DNA of 64,000 bases from Myxococcota bacterium (GCA_041288095.1 JBGGMJ010000112.1:146-64145); one strand, 5' to 3'; positions 1-10,158 are shown, counted from the stretch's first letter. The notes: generated by a model not told the origin, from the sequence alone. Program-made: numbers and translations.

Positions 1-1307
1 CCGCGGTCAAACAGGCCGAGGCTTTGATCGCCGAGCAGGAAAAGGACATCCCGCAGGCCATGGCGCTGTTGCGGGAGGCGGCGAAGCTCGACGCAAACGA
101 TATCGACGTGGCCTTCGACCGCGCGCGCTTGGCGCTCGAACACGCAGACCAGGCCCAGCCCGCCGACTACGACGATTACCTGAAGCTCGAGCCGGTGACG
201 GCGGACCAGCGCTTGCTTCGGGCCTACATTCTGGCGGCGCGGGGCCGAACGGATGAAGCGCGGGTCGAGGCGCAGGGCGCCGCCGCCGCGGATCCGTTGA
301 ACCAGGAGGCGCAAGGGCTGGTGCAAGCGCTAACGCCCGCGACCCCGGAAAGTGGTCCCACCGAGCGCTCCATCACCGGCCGTGTGCGGCTCTACGGTCA
401 ATACGACACCAACGTCAGCGTTCTCCCGGATCGCACCGCGACCACAGTGGGTTCGACAACCACAGTGAGCGACGCCACCGATCTTCAGCGGTCGGCGGCG
501 GCCATCGGCGTCCAAGGCGACGTACGTTGGACGCCTGTGCGGGGCGTCACAGAGCTCTCATTCCTCGCCGGCGTATCGTTCTTGGGACACGTGAACGGAC
601 GCAACGACGAGCTCGACTCCGGGACCGGCATCGTGAAGCCCGGGTCGAAGACCTATGACTTCGGCACCGTCGACTTGCAGGCGCGCGTCGCCTTTCCACG
701 TGAGCGTTGGTACAGCGCCATCGAGCTCTACGGCTCGACGGTTTTCATCGACGACTTCGCCGAGCGCTATCTCACCGAAGGCACGCTCTTGGGGAGCACC
801 AACGTCGCGGTGAACGAAAGCAAGAACATCCGTCTCGGCGCCTATGGACTCGGTGGAGTCCGCAGCTTTGGCGAAGACTTCAGTGTCCGCGATGGCACAC
901 GCGCCGAAGGCGGGCTCACGTTCGACTACGTCGGGCGGCGCGGCGGGGTCGGTTTGCGCGCCGGCTATCAAGGCGAATTTACCGATAGCGAGCTGTTCAC
1001 GGAGAAGGGTCCGCAAGGCATGTTCTATGCGCGCGGCTCGGTCGATCGGTTCGATGCCTTGCTGTCGTTCGTGTATCAAAAGCGCAGCTACGACAGCGCT
1101 CCGAACCCGGATCCTGCTGCAGCGCCGTTCGATCGCAGCGACGACCGGTTCGGACCGCAGCTCCAGCTGGCTTATGCGCTCAACGATATCCTGAGCGTCC
1201 TGGGCACCTACCAGTACATGCGTAACGTTTCGAAAACAGAAGGCTACACGGTCGACTTCGATTATTCGCGACACCTTGCGACGCTCGGCCTCGAGGCCCG
1301 GCTCTAG
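1..1307 (+). CDS. TPR-containing putative outer-membrane beta-barrel protein, 5' end probably outside the window
   Basis: ORF 24-1307 stays open in frame back to base 3. The N-terminus has helical TPR-like sequence (ALLREAAKLDANDIDVAFDRARLAL). The rest is G/Y/D/T-rich alternating beta-strand-like sequence ending ...HLATLGLEARL. No homology search was run. Confidence 0.5.
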   Translation, partial: AVKQAEALIAEQEKDIPQAMALLREAAKLDANDIDVAFDRARLALEHADQAQPADYDDYLKLEPVTADQRLLRAYILAARGRTDEARVEAQGAAAADPLNQEAQGLVQALTPATPESGPTERSITGRVRLYGQYDTNVSVLPDRTATTVGSTTTVSDATDLQRSAAAIGVQGDVRWTPVRGVTELSFLAGVSFLGHVNGRNDELDSGTGIVKPGSKTYDFGTVDLQARVAFPRERWYSAIELYGSTVFIDDFAERYLTEGTLLGSTNVAVNESKNIRLGAYGLGGVRSFGEDFSVRDGTRAEGGLTFDYVGRRGGVGLRAGYQGEFTDSELFTEKGPQGMFYARGSVDRFDALLSFVYQKRSYDSAPNPDPAAAPFDRSDDRFGPQLQLAYALNDILSVLGTYQYMRNVSKTEGYTVDFDYSRHLATLGLEARL

Positions 1308-1313
1308 GAGGCA

Positions 1314-2102
1314 ATGAACATGTTCAGCGCGCTCGTTGTAAGTGTCCTGCTGAGCCAAGCCCCTGGTCCGTCCGATGGGCGTGTCGTCCTCGCGCACGGT
1401 GACGTCGTCATCCGCACGGCCGATACCAGCGCCAAGGGCGTGCCCGGAACGATAGTGCGCCAAGGCGACCAGATCCGCACTGGACACGATAGCGGAGTCC
1501 GCCTGCTCCTCGGCGGCAGCGCCGTCGTCGATCTCGGCGCCAACACCTCCATGGTCGTCACCCGCGCGGGCACGTCGAGCTCGGAAACCAAGATCAAGGT
1601 CTGGAGCGGGCGCCTCTGGGCGCGCGTCTCGTCACTCTTCGGCAACAACGCCAAGTTCGAGGTCGAGAGCCCGAACGCCGTCGCCGGTGTGCGCGGCACC
1701 GAGTTCATTTTCGACGTCTCTCCGGACGGCGGCACCGAGGTCACCGTGCTCGACGGCGCCGTTGCCGTGACTGCCCGCGATGGCGGACCACCACGCCTGC
1801 TCGAGGTCGGCGACCGCATCAACGCCAAGAACACCAAGGACTTGAGCCAGAGCCGCGCTTCGGAGAACGAACGCCGCGGCCTGCGCTCGGCGGTCTCTTC
1901 GGGCGGGCGTTTGAGCTCGGCGGGCGCCCCCGCCCGCTTCCAGAACATCGGCGCGGTGAAGCCCGGCGACGGCGCCAAGATGCAACAGCGTCCCGTCAAC
2001 AACCTGCCGAAGTTCGACAGCCGCCAGGGCATCCCGCCGATCGACTTGGACCCGGCATCCGGCCGCACCCGCATCCGCGGCAACATTCAGCTGATCGACT
2101 GA
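1314..2102 (+). CDS. FecR-domain protein (secreted)
   Basis: N-terminal hydrophobic signal (MFSALVVSVLLSQA). FecR-type core: GDQIRTGHDSGVRLLLGGSAVVDLGANTSMVV ... VESPNAVAGVRGTEF. Starts 7 nt after the upstream gene. Confidence 0.65.
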   Translation: MNMFSALVVSVLLSQAPGPSDGRVVLAHGDVVIRTADTSAKGVPGTIVRQGDQIRTGHDSGVRLLLGGSAVVDLGANTSMVVTRAGTSSSETKIKVWSGRLWARVSSLFGNNAKFEVESPNAVAGVRGTEFIFDVSPDGGTEVTVLDGAVAVTARDGGPPRLLEVGDRINAKNTKDLSQSRASENERRGLRSAVSSGGRLSSAGAPARFQNIGAVKPGDGAKMQQRPVNNLPKFDSRQGIPPIDLDPASGRTRIRGNIQLID

Positions 2103-2104
2103 TC

Positions 2105-2977
2105 GTGGTTCACGGGAGCTTCGCGGTCGAGCGCGAGTTCGATGTTTCGCCGAGCCGCCTCTTCGCCGCTTGGTGCGACGTGTCGATGAAGGCGCGTTGG
2201 TTCATCGGGCCGCCGGGGGCTTGGACGCTCATCGAGCGCGCGCTCGATGTTCGCGTCGGCGGACACGAGACGCTGCGGGGCCGGCGCGCGTCGGGAGTGG
2301 AGACTCTCTTCAGCGCGCGCTATCACGCCGTCATCCCCAACCAACGCCTCGTCTTCGCCTATGACATGCACCTGGATGGCAAGCACTCATCGACGTCGCT
2401 GGTCACCGTCGAGCTAACCGCCAGGGGCGCGACGCGCACGCTGCTGACCTTCACCGAACAGGCCGCGTTCCATGGCGGCGATGACGGTACGGAATCGCGA
2501 CGGCACGTTATCGATGCTGATCTCGCGCGACTCACGGACGAGCTCGTCGACCCGCGCGATATCGTCTCTTCGCGTCTCTTCCGCGCGCCCCGCGAAGATC
2601 TGTTCGAAGCGTTCCGCGATGGCGGACGACTTGCCGCTTGGTGGGGGCCCAAAGGCTTCTCCTGCGCCTTCGACGTCTTCGAGCCGAGGGCCGGCGGCCG
2701 CTGGCGGTTCACCATGCAGGGTCCTGACGGCGTCACCTATCCGATGGTCAAGGACTTCACCGAGGTCACCGCTCCGGAACGCGTCGCTTACCGCCACAGT
2801 CAAGAAGGTCACGCCTTCACCATGCACATGACCTTCGTCGACGCCGGTGACGCGACCCTCTTGATCTGGCGCATGCGCTTCGACTCGGTCGAAGAAGCCA
2901 AACGCGTACGCTCCTTCATCGAGAGCGCCAACGAAGAGAACTTCGATCGCCTCGAGGCGCACCTGGGACGGTCTTGA
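2105..2977 (+). CDS. SRPBCC/AHSA1-family protein with two tandem domains
   Basis: Two halves of about 140 aa each resemble Activator-of-Hsp90-ATPase-like SRPBCC domains (VSPSRLFAAWCDVSMKARWF... and REDLFEAFRDGGRLAAWWGPKGF...). Starts 3 nt after the FecR gene stop. Confidence 0.6.
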   Translation: MVHGSFAVEREFDVSPSRLFAAWCDVSMKARWFIGPPGAWTLIERALDVRVGGHETLRGRRASGVETLFSARYHAVIPNQRLVFAYDMHLDGKHSSTSLVTVELTARGATRTLLTFTEQAAFHGGDDGTESRRHVIDADLARLTDELVDPRDIVSSRLFRAPREDLFEAFRDGGRLAAWWGPKGFSCAFDVFEPRAGGRWRFTMQGPDGVTYPMVKDFTEVTAPERVAYRHSQEGHAFTMHMTFVDAGDATLLIWRMRFDSVEEAKRVRSFIESANEENFDRLEAHLGRS

Positions 2978-3336
2978 CGCAATTCCTGCTCGTTTGCATC
3001 GCCGGCGGCCTCGGCTCCGGCGCGCGTTATCTCACCGGGCTCGCGGCCAACCGCTGGCTCGGCAACGCGCTCCCCTTCGGCACGCTCATCGTCAACGTGC
3101 TCGGCTGCTTTTTCATCGCGCTCGTCTTGCAGTCCGCTACAGCGGCGTTGACGCCGATGCACCGCATCGTCATCGCCACCGGCTTCCTCGGCGGCTTCAC
3201 CACCTACTCCGCCTTCAACCACGAGCTCCTTCGCTTCGTGACCGAAGGCGCGCCGGGCAAGGCAGCCGCCTACCTCGCTGTCACGACCATCGGCTGCGCC
3301 GTCGCCGGCTTTGCGGGGCTCTGGCTAGCGCGCTAA
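2974..3336 (+). CDS. crcB: fluoride ion channel CrcB/FluC
   Basis: 120 aa with four hydrophobic helices. CrcB signatures: GGLGSGARY, PFGTLIVNVLGCF, GFLGGFTTYSAF. The TTG start overlaps the upstream TGA (TTGA at 2974-2977). Confidence 0.85.
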   Translation: MTQFLLVCIAGGLGSGARYLTGLAANRWLGNALPFGTLIVNVLGCFFIALVLQSATAALTPMHRIVIATGFLGGFTTYSAFNHELLRFVTEGAPGKAAAYLAVTTIGCAVAGFAGLWLAR

Positions 3337-3428
3337 CTCCGCGAAAGTACGCGTTGGCGGCGGTATGACCGAACGCGGCAAGGCGAGCGCCGATAATCGC
3401 GGCTTCCCGACAACTTTCAGGAGCCACG

Positions 3429-4016
3429 ATGAGCATCAACCTGCCCAGCGTGAGCGCTTTCCCCGTTCGTCTTTCCAACGGTCAGATCGCTCCCGCCCAA
3501 CGTCCCACGACCACCGCTACCGAGCTCCTCGCCTTCGCGCCCCGCATGCAGAAGGCCCGCGCGGTCGACGCCGCCGATCGCATCTCGAAGCCCATCGGCC
3601 ATGGTCAGGTTCGCGCCGAGTATCTTCGCCTGCGCGAGCTGGCCGCGAGCACGAAGCCCGAGTATCAGGTCGGTGGCCTGCTCAACGGCAAGCGCTATCC
3701 CAACGGCGTCGAGCTCTTGTGGAAGCTCAGCGACAAGCCGGGCGAGTGGGAAGTCATCCGCATCTATCGCGAAGCCAGCAAAGGCGAGGAAGCGTTCGAC
3801 GTCACCTTCCATCGCGGCACGCACATGATCCCCGACACCGACATCGTTCGCCGCTTCATCGGCCATGAGCGCATCTGGCGCGCCGACAGCGTCGACGCCG
3901 CGACCGGGGAGCACCTCGAGCGCCAAGGTCAGGACGAGCTGTACCTCTCACCCGAAGAGTGGAAGGTGCTGCGTGACTGGAAGGTGGCGCAGGACGCCAC
4001 CCGAGCCACTCGCTAG
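3429..4016 (+). CDS. hypothetical protein
   Basis: 195-aa ORF preceded by an AGGAG Shine-Dalgarno about 8 nt upstream of the ATG. Non-repetitive composition. No recognisable motif. Confidence 0.5.
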   Translation: MSINLPSVSAFPVRLSNGQIAPAQRPTTTATELLAFAPRMQKARAVDAADRISKPIGHGQVRAEYLRLRELAASTKPEYQVGGLLNGKRYPNGVELLWKLSDKPGEWEVIRIYREASKGEEAFDVTFHRGTHMIPDTDIVRRFIGHERIWRADSVDAATGEHLERQGQDELYLSPEEWKVLRDWKVAQDATRATR

Positions 4017-5176
4017 TACAAACAGTTGTTGATGCCGCGCGAGGCGTCGTAGGCGCACTCGCCACCGTAGAATGCGCAGGGCAAGGCGAAGAGCTCGCCG
4101 CTCTCGCACCAGGTCACGGTGCCGGCGTCGTCGCAGACGCCCTTGTAGGTGATGCCACCGCACGGATCGTTGACCGGCGGTTGCGTCTCCGCGCAGCCGT
4201 AGTACCCCTCGACCGAGGAGAAGACGCAGGTCTTGTTACGGACGGTGCAGTCCACCTGATAGAGCTGATTGTTCTCGCACCAGAGGACGGTGTTCGCGGT
4301 GCACTTGCCGACGAAGGTGACGCTGCCGCAGGGCGCGCCCGGCGTTGGATCGGGATCGGGCGTGGGGTCGGGTGTCGGATCCGGAGTCGGATCCGGAGTC
4401 GGGTCCGGCGTCGGAGTCGGCGTGGTCGACGGCGCGGTACCGGTGGCGCCGAGGAACGAGAGATACGCCGGCACCATGGTGTCGACGCCGTACTGCGTGC
4501 AGTAGGTGTCGCCGTACGAGGTCGTACCCGCGAGCAGGTAGTTGCCGGCCGGGTCGATGAAGAAAGCAGGGCCACCCGAGTCACCGTTGCAGGTGTTCTT
4601 GCCCGCGGTCTCGTAGGCGAACTGCGTCGAGCCGACCTCGGAGATGGGCATGATGACCGAGCGCTTCACACCGTTACCACTCTGGCGCTGCCCGTCATCG
4701 ATGCCGTAGCCGACGAAGGTGAGGTTCGCGCCGAGCCAGGTGCTGTCGAGGTTGTTCAAGATCTTGAGCGGCGTCTCGGTCGCGTCTTGATCGAGCGTCA
4801 CGTAGGCGATGTCGCCAACGAGCGTGTCGCGATTCCAAGCGGGGCTCTTGGCGCCGCCGGTGACGTTGTAGACCTTGCTCGGCGAGCCCGCGTTCGGACC
4901 GATCGCGAACTTGTACTGCGTCGGCGAGTAGTCATCGAGGCAGTGCGCGGCGGTGACGACCTTGCGCGGAGCAATCAAGGTGCCGGTGCACCAGTTGCTG
5001 CCGTTGATGGTCAGCGAGCCGACACCGGGGAGCCCCGCGAAGGCAGCACCGCCGATGATGCGATCTTGAGCAACGCTGCCCTCGATCACCGGTGTGTTGG
5101 GCGGCACGTCGGCGCCACCGCATGCGAAGACCAAACCGAAGACGCCGAGTAAGGACCATCGAAGCATCGTCGCCAT
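4013..5176 (-). CDS. secreted trypsin-like (S1) serine protease with PT-rich linker and two C-terminal 6-Cys modules
   Basis: IIGG mature-like N-terminus, TAAHC (His) and GDSGGP (Ser) motifs. Signal peptide MATMLRWSLLGVFGLVFACGG, so I chose the internal ATG at 5176 rather than 5224. Linker is TPTPTPDPTPDPTPDPTPDPTPDPDPTP. Confidence 0.85.
   Translation of the reverse strand: MATMLRWSLLGVFGLVFACGGADVPPNTPVIEGSVAQDRIIGGAAFAGLPGVGSLTINGSNWCTGTLIAPRKVVTAAHCLDDYSPTQYKFAIGPNAGSPSKVYNVTGGAKSPAWNRDTLVGDIAYVTLDQDATETPLKILNNLDSTWLGANLTFVGYGIDDGQRQSGNGVKRSVIMPISEVGSTQFAYETAGKNTCNGDSGGPAFFIDPAGNYLLAGTTSYGDTYCTQYGVDTMVPAYLSFLGATGTAPSTTPTPTPDPTPDPTPDPTPDPTPDPDPTPGAPCGSVTFVGKCTANTVLWCENNQLYQVDCTVRNKTCVFSSVEGYYGCAETQPPVNDPCGGITYKGVCDDAGTVTWCESGELFALPCAFYGGECAYDASRGINNCLY
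4338..4425. repeat. tandem 12-nt repeat encoding the (PDPT)n linker of the protease
   Basis: GTCGGATCCGGA occurs at 4374-4385 and again perfectly at 4386-4397. Degenerate copies GTCGGGTCCGGC (4398-4409) and GTCGGAGTCGGC (4410-4421) follow, and more degenerate copies lie upstream. Confidence 0.8.
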
Positions 5177-5339
5177 CGCACCCCTCACGTCGAGAGCAGG
5201 CGGCTCAGGCTGCGCGAAACGCAACTCGAACCGTTATCTGCGTTATCGGGTGAGGGGCCGAGATGTTGCTGAATTGTCAGGCGTTTTCGCGGTGGGCGGC
5301 TGCCAGGCTGTCAGCCGGGGCGGATGGGCCTCAAACCGC

Positions 5340-6434
5340 CTAATAGCTGCAGTTGTTGATGCCGCGGGTACCGTCGTAGGCGCAGTCCCCGCCGTTGGCG
5401 GCGCAGTCGATCTGCTTCACGGCGTTGGCCTCACACCAGATGACGGTGTCGCCACTGCAACGGCCCTTGTAGGTCTCGCCGTTGCACGGGTCGGTCGTGG
5501 TCGACGAGCGCGCAAGGCACCCGGTGAACCCGTCGAGCTGCGAGAAGCCGCAGGTCTTGCTGCGCAGCGCGCAATCGACTTCGTAGATGCGGTCGTCTTC
5601 ACACCAGGTCACGACGGTGCCGCTGCAGCGACCTTCGAAGGTCTCGCCACCGCATGGGTCGACCGGCTCCGGCGGCGGCGCGCTGTTGGGCGCGGTGCCC
5701 GCGACGCCGATCCACGCGAGGTACGCGGGGATGATGGTGTCGACGCCGTACTGCGTGCAGTAGGTGTCGCCGTACGAGGTCACGCCGGCGAGCAGGAAGG
5801 TGCCCTGCTGATCGACGAAAAACGCCGGGCCGCCCGAGTCGCCGCTGCAGGTGTTCTTACCGGCGGTCTCATAGGCAAACTGACTCGAGCCGATCTCAGA
5901 AATGGGCATGCTGACCGCGCGCTTGACGCCCATGCCGCTCTGTCGCTGACCGTTGTCCACGCCATAGCCCACGAAAAAGAGCTCGGCGCCGAGCCACGTG
6001 GAGTCGAGATTGTCGAGGACCTTGAGAGGCGTTTCGGTAGCCGTGGTCGAGAGGGTCACGACCGCGACGTCGTTGAGCACGGTCGAGAGGTTGAAGCCGG
6101 AATGCACGCGGATGCTCGCGACCGAGTAGACCTTGTCGGGGGCGTTGGCGTTCGAGCCGGTGACGAAGCGCCATGAGGAGGGCGTGGCGTTGCTGTGGAA
6201 ACAGTGCGCCGCGGTGACTACGCGGCGGTTGTCGATGAGGGTGCCGGTGCAGTGCGGGGCGCCGTTGCGCAACAAGGAGCCGACGCCGGGTGCGCCGCTG
6301 AAGGCCGCGCCGCCAACGATGCGATCCTCGGAGACGCTCCCCTCGAGGTCCAGCGTGCCGGGGGGCTCGCTACCCGCGCAGGCAAGGGCGGCGGTCAGCA
6401 GGGAAAGGCTTCCCCAGCGGAGGGATGGCGACAT
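5340..6434 (-). CDS. secreted trypsin-like (S1) serine protease, paralog of 4013-5176, with two C-terminal 6-Cys modules
   Basis: IVGG, TAAHC and GDSGGP motifs. Signal peptide MSPSLRWGSLSLLTAALACAG, so the start is taken at the ATG at 6434 (the ORF track starts at 6461). Shares a 48-nt identical tract with the paralog. Confidence 0.85.
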   Translation of the reverse strand: MSPSLRWGSLSLLTAALACAGSEPPGTLDLEGSVSEDRIVGGAAFSGAPGVGSLLRNGAPHCTGTLIDNRRVVTAAHCFHSNATPSSWRFVTGSNANAPDKVYSVASIRVHSGFNLSTVLNDVAVVTLSTTATETPLKVLDNLDSTWLGAELFFVGYGVDNGQRQSGMGVKRAVSMPISEIGSSQFAYETAGKNTCSGDSGGPAFFVDQQGTFLLAGVTSYGDTYCTQYGVDTIIPAYLAWIGVAGTAPNSAPPPEPVDPCGGETFEGRCSGTVVTWCEDDRIYEVDCALRSKTCGFSQLDGFTGCLARSSTTTDPCNGETYKGRCSGDTVIWCEANAVKQIDCAANGGDCAYDGTRGINNCSY

Positions 6435-6473
6435 CGGACGAACATACACGTTCGCCCACATCCGCGGCTCGGA

Positions 6474-7586
<1,113 letters not shown>

Positions 7587-7693
7587 GGAGATCCGAAGTG
7601 TACCGCCCTCAGGATGCGAATCTCAAGCGCCGTTGCCAAGCCGTCACTCATTTAGGGGAACGTGGCCGCGCAAGCGCCCGATAAGGCGAGACT

Positions 7694-8467
7694 GTGAGGA
7701 TTCGCGGCGAAAAATGGTCCGAGGCGGCCGACTCCATCAGAGCCGCTAGAGCAAAGGCCGAGCAGGCCGCGCCCGCCCCCACGAGCCGCGTCGGTCACAT
7801 CGCCCTGCAAGCTCTGGGCGCCACCGCCGTTGCCGCCGAAGTCACCGCCGCAGGTTTCCTCGCGCACGCCGCCGCGAGCCAGATCGCAACACCAGCCCAA
7901 GCCGCGATTGCCGGCGCCACCTTCGCGCTCGGTTATCTCGGTCTCGAGGCCCTTTGGGGTGCCGGCCATGCGTTCCTCGATCAGGCACGGCCGAGCGCCT
8001 TTCCCCGAATCCGGGAGGTTCTGCTCGCCTCGCAACGCCATCACCTGACTCCAGCCGACGTCACCGTAGCCGGCCCCTTCGACTACATGGCGCCGGTCGC
8101 GCTGCTCCTCACGCCCATCGTGGGCGCGCTCGCCTATCTCGACCCGACGTACTGGGCGAGCACGGCCGCCCTCGGGTTCGCGCTCGGCGCCACCATCACG
8201 CTCGACGTGCACCGCTACACCCACCTGCCGGCGCACAAGATGCCCGCGCTGCTCAAGCTGACCAGCCGCTTGGGTCTCACCCAGAAGCGCGATTCGCATT
8301 GGGTGCATCACCGCGACGACGACAAGAACGTCTGCCAGCTCACCGACTACGTTAACCCACTCTACAACAAGCTTGGGGTGTACGAACGCATCGGCAACGC
8401 CTTGCGGCGCCGGGGCGTGCACGTCGAGCAAACCGGCGTTCTAGCGCCCTGCGGCACCGCCGGCTAA
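7694..8467 (+). CDS. CarF/TMEM189-type membrane fatty-acid (plasmanylethanolamine-type) desaturase homolog
   Basis: His-box pattern and C-terminal block HRYTHLPAHKMPALLKLTSRLGLTQKRDSHWVHHRDDDKNVCQLTDYVNPLYNKLGVYERIG parallel the TMEM189/CarF lipid-desaturase domain (HxxxH ... HxxHH ... C..T...N.L). Several hydrophobic helices lie upstream. The GTG start is uncertain. Confidence 0.65.
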   Translation: MRIRGEKWSEAADSIRAARAKAEQAAPAPTSRVGHIALQALGATAVAAEVTAAGFLAHAAASQIATPAQAAIAGATFALGYLGLEALWGAGHAFLDQARPSAFPRIREVLLASQRHHLTPADVTVAGPFDYMAPVALLLTPIVGALAYLDPTYWASTAALGFALGATITLDVHRYTHLPAHKMPALLKLTSRLGLTQKRDSHWVHHRDDDKNVCQLTDYVNPLYNKLGVYERIGNALRRRGVHVEQTGVLAPCGTAG

Positions 8468-8476
8468 CATTGCCCC

Positions 8477-10093
8477 GTGGTGCGTCGTCGGCTTCTGACC
8501 AGCGCGGCATTGCTGATCGCCGTGAGCTGTCTACGTGCGAACGTGGACCTCGAGCATCGCTCCTGCGACGAAGGCGATTGCGCGAACGGGTACGCGTGCA
8601 ATCCGTTGACCAGCGAATGTGCGCCGCAGCTCAGCATCGGTTGCGACGGTAGCGGCGTGTGCCCGCTCGATCTGCGCGACGGTGATGCCTGCGAGCACGT
8701 CGGCAGCTTCGTGCCCTGCGTCAGCGGCACGACCGGCTGCGAGAGCGGCTGCCGCTTGTGCGACGACGAAAACACCTGGAGCGAGTGCAGCTGCACGGGC
8801 GTGGGCTGCGACTGCGTCCGCTCGAACGGTGGCGTCGAGGTCTGCGACGGCTTCGACAATGACTGCCGTGGCGGACGCGACGACGGCGTCGACGTGGAGG
8901 GTTGTCTTCCCTCGTGGATCGATGGGGACGGCGACGGTTTCGGCGTCGGCGCCTCCGCCTGCTACTGCGGTCTCGCGCCGGGCCGCGCCACGCTGGGTGG
9001 AGACACCGACGACGGGAATCCCAACGTCAACCCAGACACCAACGAGGTTTGCGACGGACGCGACAGCGACGGCGACGGGATGATCTCGCCGCGCGAATTC
9101 GACTACGACGGAGACGGCTACGTGGAGTGCGAGCCGTGGGTCGGCGACACCGTGGGCGTCGCGGGCGGCGGCGACTGTAACGACTTCGACGACGGCATCT
9201 TTCCAGGAGCACCCGAGCTTTGTGACGGCGTGGAGAACGCCTGCACCGGTCTGTCACCCGGAGAGACGGACCTCGACGGCGATGGCTACGTCGCCTGCGT
9301 CGGATGGAGCGGCATCACGCCTGGGGTGGTCGCTGGTGGAGACTGCGCTCCCGGAGACCCCAACCGCAGCCCCGGCCGGCTCGAGATATACGACGGCCTG
9401 GACAACGACTGCGACGCGAAAGCCGACGAGTGCCTCGTCGATTGCGACTGCGATGGCGGATTGGTGTCGTGTTACCAGCTCGAAAGCTTGCCCTCCGTCG
9501 GCGACGAGGGTCCCGCCGGCGTCGGCTTCCAGGTGAACAACGGCAGCGGCAGCATTGCACCCGGCATCGACGGCAACGGCTATCTGTTCGACGGCAGCTA
9601 CGTGCTGGAGGCGAGCGACAACACGGCGCACGACCTCACGCGCTTCAGTGTGTCCGCGTGGCTCCGCATCGACTCGGAACCCGGGGGCGGCGGCCAGCGC
9701 CGTTTCGTCTGGGACGTCCAGAGCCAGTATTCGATGTGGCAGGAGGACCACGGCGACCTCGTGTGCGCTTTCGCGAACAGCTCTAGCGTCATCGAGGCAG
9801 TGGCCGGTGGCGCCTTGGACGTGGGCGCGCTGGTACACGTCGCCTGCACCTACGACGGGTCCGCCCTGCGCGTCTACGTGGGCGGCGACCTCGTCAAGTC
9901 GCAGAACACGACGACGACTCCGCGCACGGACTACTCGGGCAAGTTTCACATCGGCTCGAACAGCCCCGACGCGACGAGCTCCGAGCCCGAGCACCTGATC
10001 GGACTCGTCGACCACCTCAAGGTCTACGACCAAGCGCTCGGTTCCATCCGTATGTGCGTCGAGGCACGCCGCACGGACTGCGAGTCGCTGTAG
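8477..10093 (+). CDS. lipoprotein with MopE-like Cys/Asp-rich repeats and a C-terminal LamG (concanavalin-like) domain
   Basis: Leader MVRRRLLTSAALLIAVSC. Repeated CDGxDNDC / DxDGDGYVxC / GGDCND motifs. The C-terminal roughly 190 aa are LamG_3-like (SVSAWLRIDSEP...LRVYVGGDLV...HLIGLVDHLKVYDQAL). Confidence 0.75.
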   Translation: MVRRRLLTSAALLIAVSCLRANVDLEHRSCDEGDCANGYACNPLTSECAPQLSIGCDGSGVCPLDLRDGDACEHVGSFVPCVSGTTGCESGCRLCDDENTWSECSCTGVGCDCVRSNGGVEVCDGFDNDCRGGRDDGVDVEGCLPSWIDGDGDGFGVGASACYCGLAPGRATLGGDTDDGNPNVNPDTNEVCDGRDSDGDGMISPREFDYDGDGYVECEPWVGDTVGVAGGGDCNDFDDGIFPGAPELCDGVENACTGLSPGETDLDGDGYVACVGWSGITPGVVAGGDCAPGDPNRSPGRLEIYDGLDNDCDAKADECLVDCDCDGGLVSCYQLESLPSVGDEGPAGVGFQVNNGSGSIAPGIDGNGYLFDGSYVLEASDNTAHDLTRFSVSAWLRIDSEPGGGGQRRFVWDVQSQYSMWQEDHGDLVCAFANSSSVIEAVAGGALDVGALVHVACTYDGSALRVYVGGDLVKSQNTTTTPRTDYSGKFHIGSNSPDATSSEPEHLIGLVDHLKVYDQALGSIRMCVEARRTDCESL

Positions 10094-10158
10094 CGAACCA
10101 CGATGGGCGCCAACCACCGCCCCTGGCGCCGGAGCGCCCCGTTCGCTACCACTATGGG

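Noticed and set aside
558-1487. 309-aa minus-strand ORF (and other ORFs of 90-120 aa) overlapping the TPR/beta-barrel gene
   Set aside because: It lies antisense to a gene with a coherent domain structure. The translation is Arg/Ala/Gly-rich with no motifs. This is a typical stop-poor shadow frame in very high-G+C DNA.
2900-2977. Possible fluoride riboswitch upstream of crcB
   Set aside because: There is no intergenic leader because crcB overlaps the preceding coding sequence. Nothing resembling the compact crcB motif was visible, although an Rfam scan was not possible.
10054-10158. Upstream ATG start for the second LamG paralog, overlapping the first paralog by 40 nt
   Set aside because: The GTG at 10159 reproduces the leader of the paralog (MVRR...AVSC). 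The upstream extension has no counterpart.
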